The position numbers were made by a program, and so were the translations under genes. This document shows, piece after piece, positions 62,575-64,000 of a DNA stretch of 64,000 bases. Each line of letters starts with the position of its first letter. The first letter of the stretch is position 1. Below the pieces are notes generated by a model. The model was not told where the DNA came from. It saw only the letters and a list, made by a program, of their open reading frames with translations, and made no database searches. The DNA lies in IMG/VR virus record IMGVR_UViG_3300031474_000004, positions 1 to 64,000 of that record; one strand, written 5' to 3'. Origin of the DNA: an uncultured virus (IMG/VR IMGVR_UViG_3300031474_000004) (lineage: Duplodnaviria; Heunggongvirae; Uroviricota; Caudoviricetes).

Positions 62575-63066
62575 TCAGAATTGGAGGATCCAATTGTCGG
62601 CACGGAGGGTACAAGAAATTTCCGTGGGTTCATGAGTATCGTAACTAAGTTCTCCAAAGTTGACCTCAGTCGCCCAGACGCCTTTTCCGTCCCATAAACT
62701 GACCACTGTACCTACCGGGTCCAACAATTTAAGTTGGACATCCCTCTTGTAAAAGTCAGCATACCCCGCTCGTCCCGAAACTGATTCGTAACAGAGTCTC
62801 AACCATTCCATCGTTTGCTGTGCCGCGGAAGGAGCAATCGGATCGTGAAGCGTGATTTGAACCGGTCCGAACGTGGTCTTACCAGCAAGGTAACGGTGAG
62901 CGTTGATGAATGGTATTGGAACCTCTTCCGTGGTCACGGTAGGTTGCTGCGCGGTCTTAAGCAAGAATGCATCGATGCCTTCGATCATGAACACCCACCT
63001 ATTCTTTTGCTTGGGCTGAAATTGATTCGGTAACATTGACGTAACATCTAGGGTTTCTGCGGCCAT
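62575..63066 (-). CDS. Tail tube protein (T4 gp19-like)
   Basis: PK..NRW, QP, YLAGK, ITLHDPI, EW, YKRD..L..LDPVG..V..W...G.W; AGGAG RBS. Confidence 0.88.
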   Translation of the reverse strand: MAAETLDVTSMLPNQFQPKQKNRWVFMIEGIDAFLLKTAQQPTVTTEEVPIPFINAHRYLAGKTTFGPVQITLHDPIAPSAAQQTMEWLRLCYESVSGRAGYADFYKRDVQLKLLDPVGTVVSLWDGKGVWATEVNFGELSYDTHEPTEISCTLRADNWILQF

Positions 63067-63157
63067 ATTGGAATTCTCCTACGAATAGTTAGGTAACAAT
63101 TATTGTTTACGACCATTTACAAAGTTTTTTTGGTAATTACCTATTCATGATAACCGT

Positions 63158-64000
63158 ATGATCCAATTGAATGAAGTTACGTGGTCTCGAATTTGTCCAA
63201 CTTGTGATCAACCAACAACACATAAAAATCGTGCAAAATGTCTTTGTGCGGAAAAACTAAAAACGACATGTTCAAGTTGTTCTGCAAAGCAACGAGGAAA
63301 GAAAAGATCGGCACATGATTTATGTCCAATTTGTAAGAACGAATTTAGAGTCCTTGATGTTCAAGAACACTCTGAACTACATTCAACGACGCCTCAATTA
63401 CTTTGGTTGTTAAAACATTCATGTGAAATTCCTAAGTGTCGATGTGGTTGTGGTGAATCAACGAACTGGGCAAATTGGAAAAAAGGCTTCAGTGAATTCT
63501 TGAACGGTCATAACGGAAGTATTTACACGTCCTACGACCTGCAAAAAGCTAAAGAAATTAGTGATAAAAGAAGATCAAAATTGATCGGGAAAGTTGGTTG
63601 GGCCAAGAACCAAACGATGGAAAATAACACAATAATTAAAAATCGTGCTCAAGCATCCGCAGCCGGAATACGCAAAACATTTGCTGAAGGTCGAATCGCC
63701 TGGTCAAAAGGATTGACGAAAGAAACCAATCCTGCCGTAGCCAGCATGGCTAAAAATTTAAAGGAGGGGTTCGCGAATGGAACGTACAAGCCGTGGGCAA
63801 AAGGATTGACGAAGGAAACAAATCCAACCCTTGCAACCATGGCAATGAATGTTTCTTTTGCATTAAAACAAAAGGAATTGCATGAACGGCTAACAATCAT
63901 TAAAAGATTGACTAAAAGCGAAATTTTAGATCGAATCAAAACCAACAGCAGCATCGAATTGCTTGATGATCTTTCACCGTATTTGTCGTTGACATCGACA
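63158..64000 (+). CDS. Putative homing endonuclease, partial; paralog of 60814-62502
   Basis: Manual translation: CPTC, PKCRCGCG...W..WKKG...GHN, W(S/A)KGLTKETNP repeats; open to the window end. Confidence 0.7.
   Translation, partial: MIQLNEVTWSRICPTCDQPTTHKNRAKCLCAEKLKTTCSSCSAKQRGKKRSAHDLCPICKNEFRVLDVQEHSELHSTTPQLLWLLKHSCEIPKCRCGCGESTNWANWKKGFSEFLNGHNGSIYTSYDLQKAKEISDKRRSKLIGKVGWAKNQTMENNTIIKNRAQASAAGIRKTFAEGRIAWSKGLTKETNPAVASMAKNLKEGFANGTYKPWAKGLTKETNPTLATMAMNVSFALKQKELHERLTIIKRLTKSEILDRIKTNSSIELLDDLSPYLSLTST

Noticed and set aside
557..63954. Many short antisense or alternative-frame ORFs in the track (e.g. 3540-3896, 24253-24768, 27552-28121, 58111-58674, 63649-63954)
   Set aside because: They lie over well-supported genes and lack motifs; treated as shadow ORFs
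1..64000. CRISPR array or cas genes
   Set aside because: No regularly spaced direct repeats or Cas motifs seen; the DinG-like helicase has no type IV context

Overview
The window is part of a large (jumbo-type) tailed dsDNA phage with T4-like morphogenesis genes: large terminase, intein-containing gp20-like portal, gp21-like prohead protease, gp19-like tail tube, gp4-like head-completion nuclease and a block of large putative baseplate/tail proteins. It also carries replication and repair genes (primase, DinG-like helicase, RuvC-like resolvase, split Mre11/SbcD fused to Rad50/SbcC) and accessory genes (GroEL-like, HslV-like, PIN-PhoH, Hc1-like, kinase-like, collagen-GH5, GT31-like, MBL hydrolase, LemA-like). 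There is one tRNA-Gly(TCC) and about 11 free-standing homing-endonuclease-type ORFs. Most notable: (1) an Mre11 nuclease split into two genes with acidic and basic charge-complementary ends and a small gene between them; (2) an unannotated ~88-nt structured RNA with its own candidate promoter and U-tract; (3) a Pro1 HNH intein with non-standard catalytic residues in the portal; (4) a shared N-terminal 'L+xxI+EE' tag on several proteins including a kinase, possibly for head packaging; (5) a dispersed family of 'LxPGD' mini-proteins; (6) a recoded duplicate of the phoH 3' end on a GIY-YIG endonuclease. Several genes are broken by 1-nt indels in homopolymers, most likely assembly errors. All family calls come from motif recognition by eye; no searches were run.
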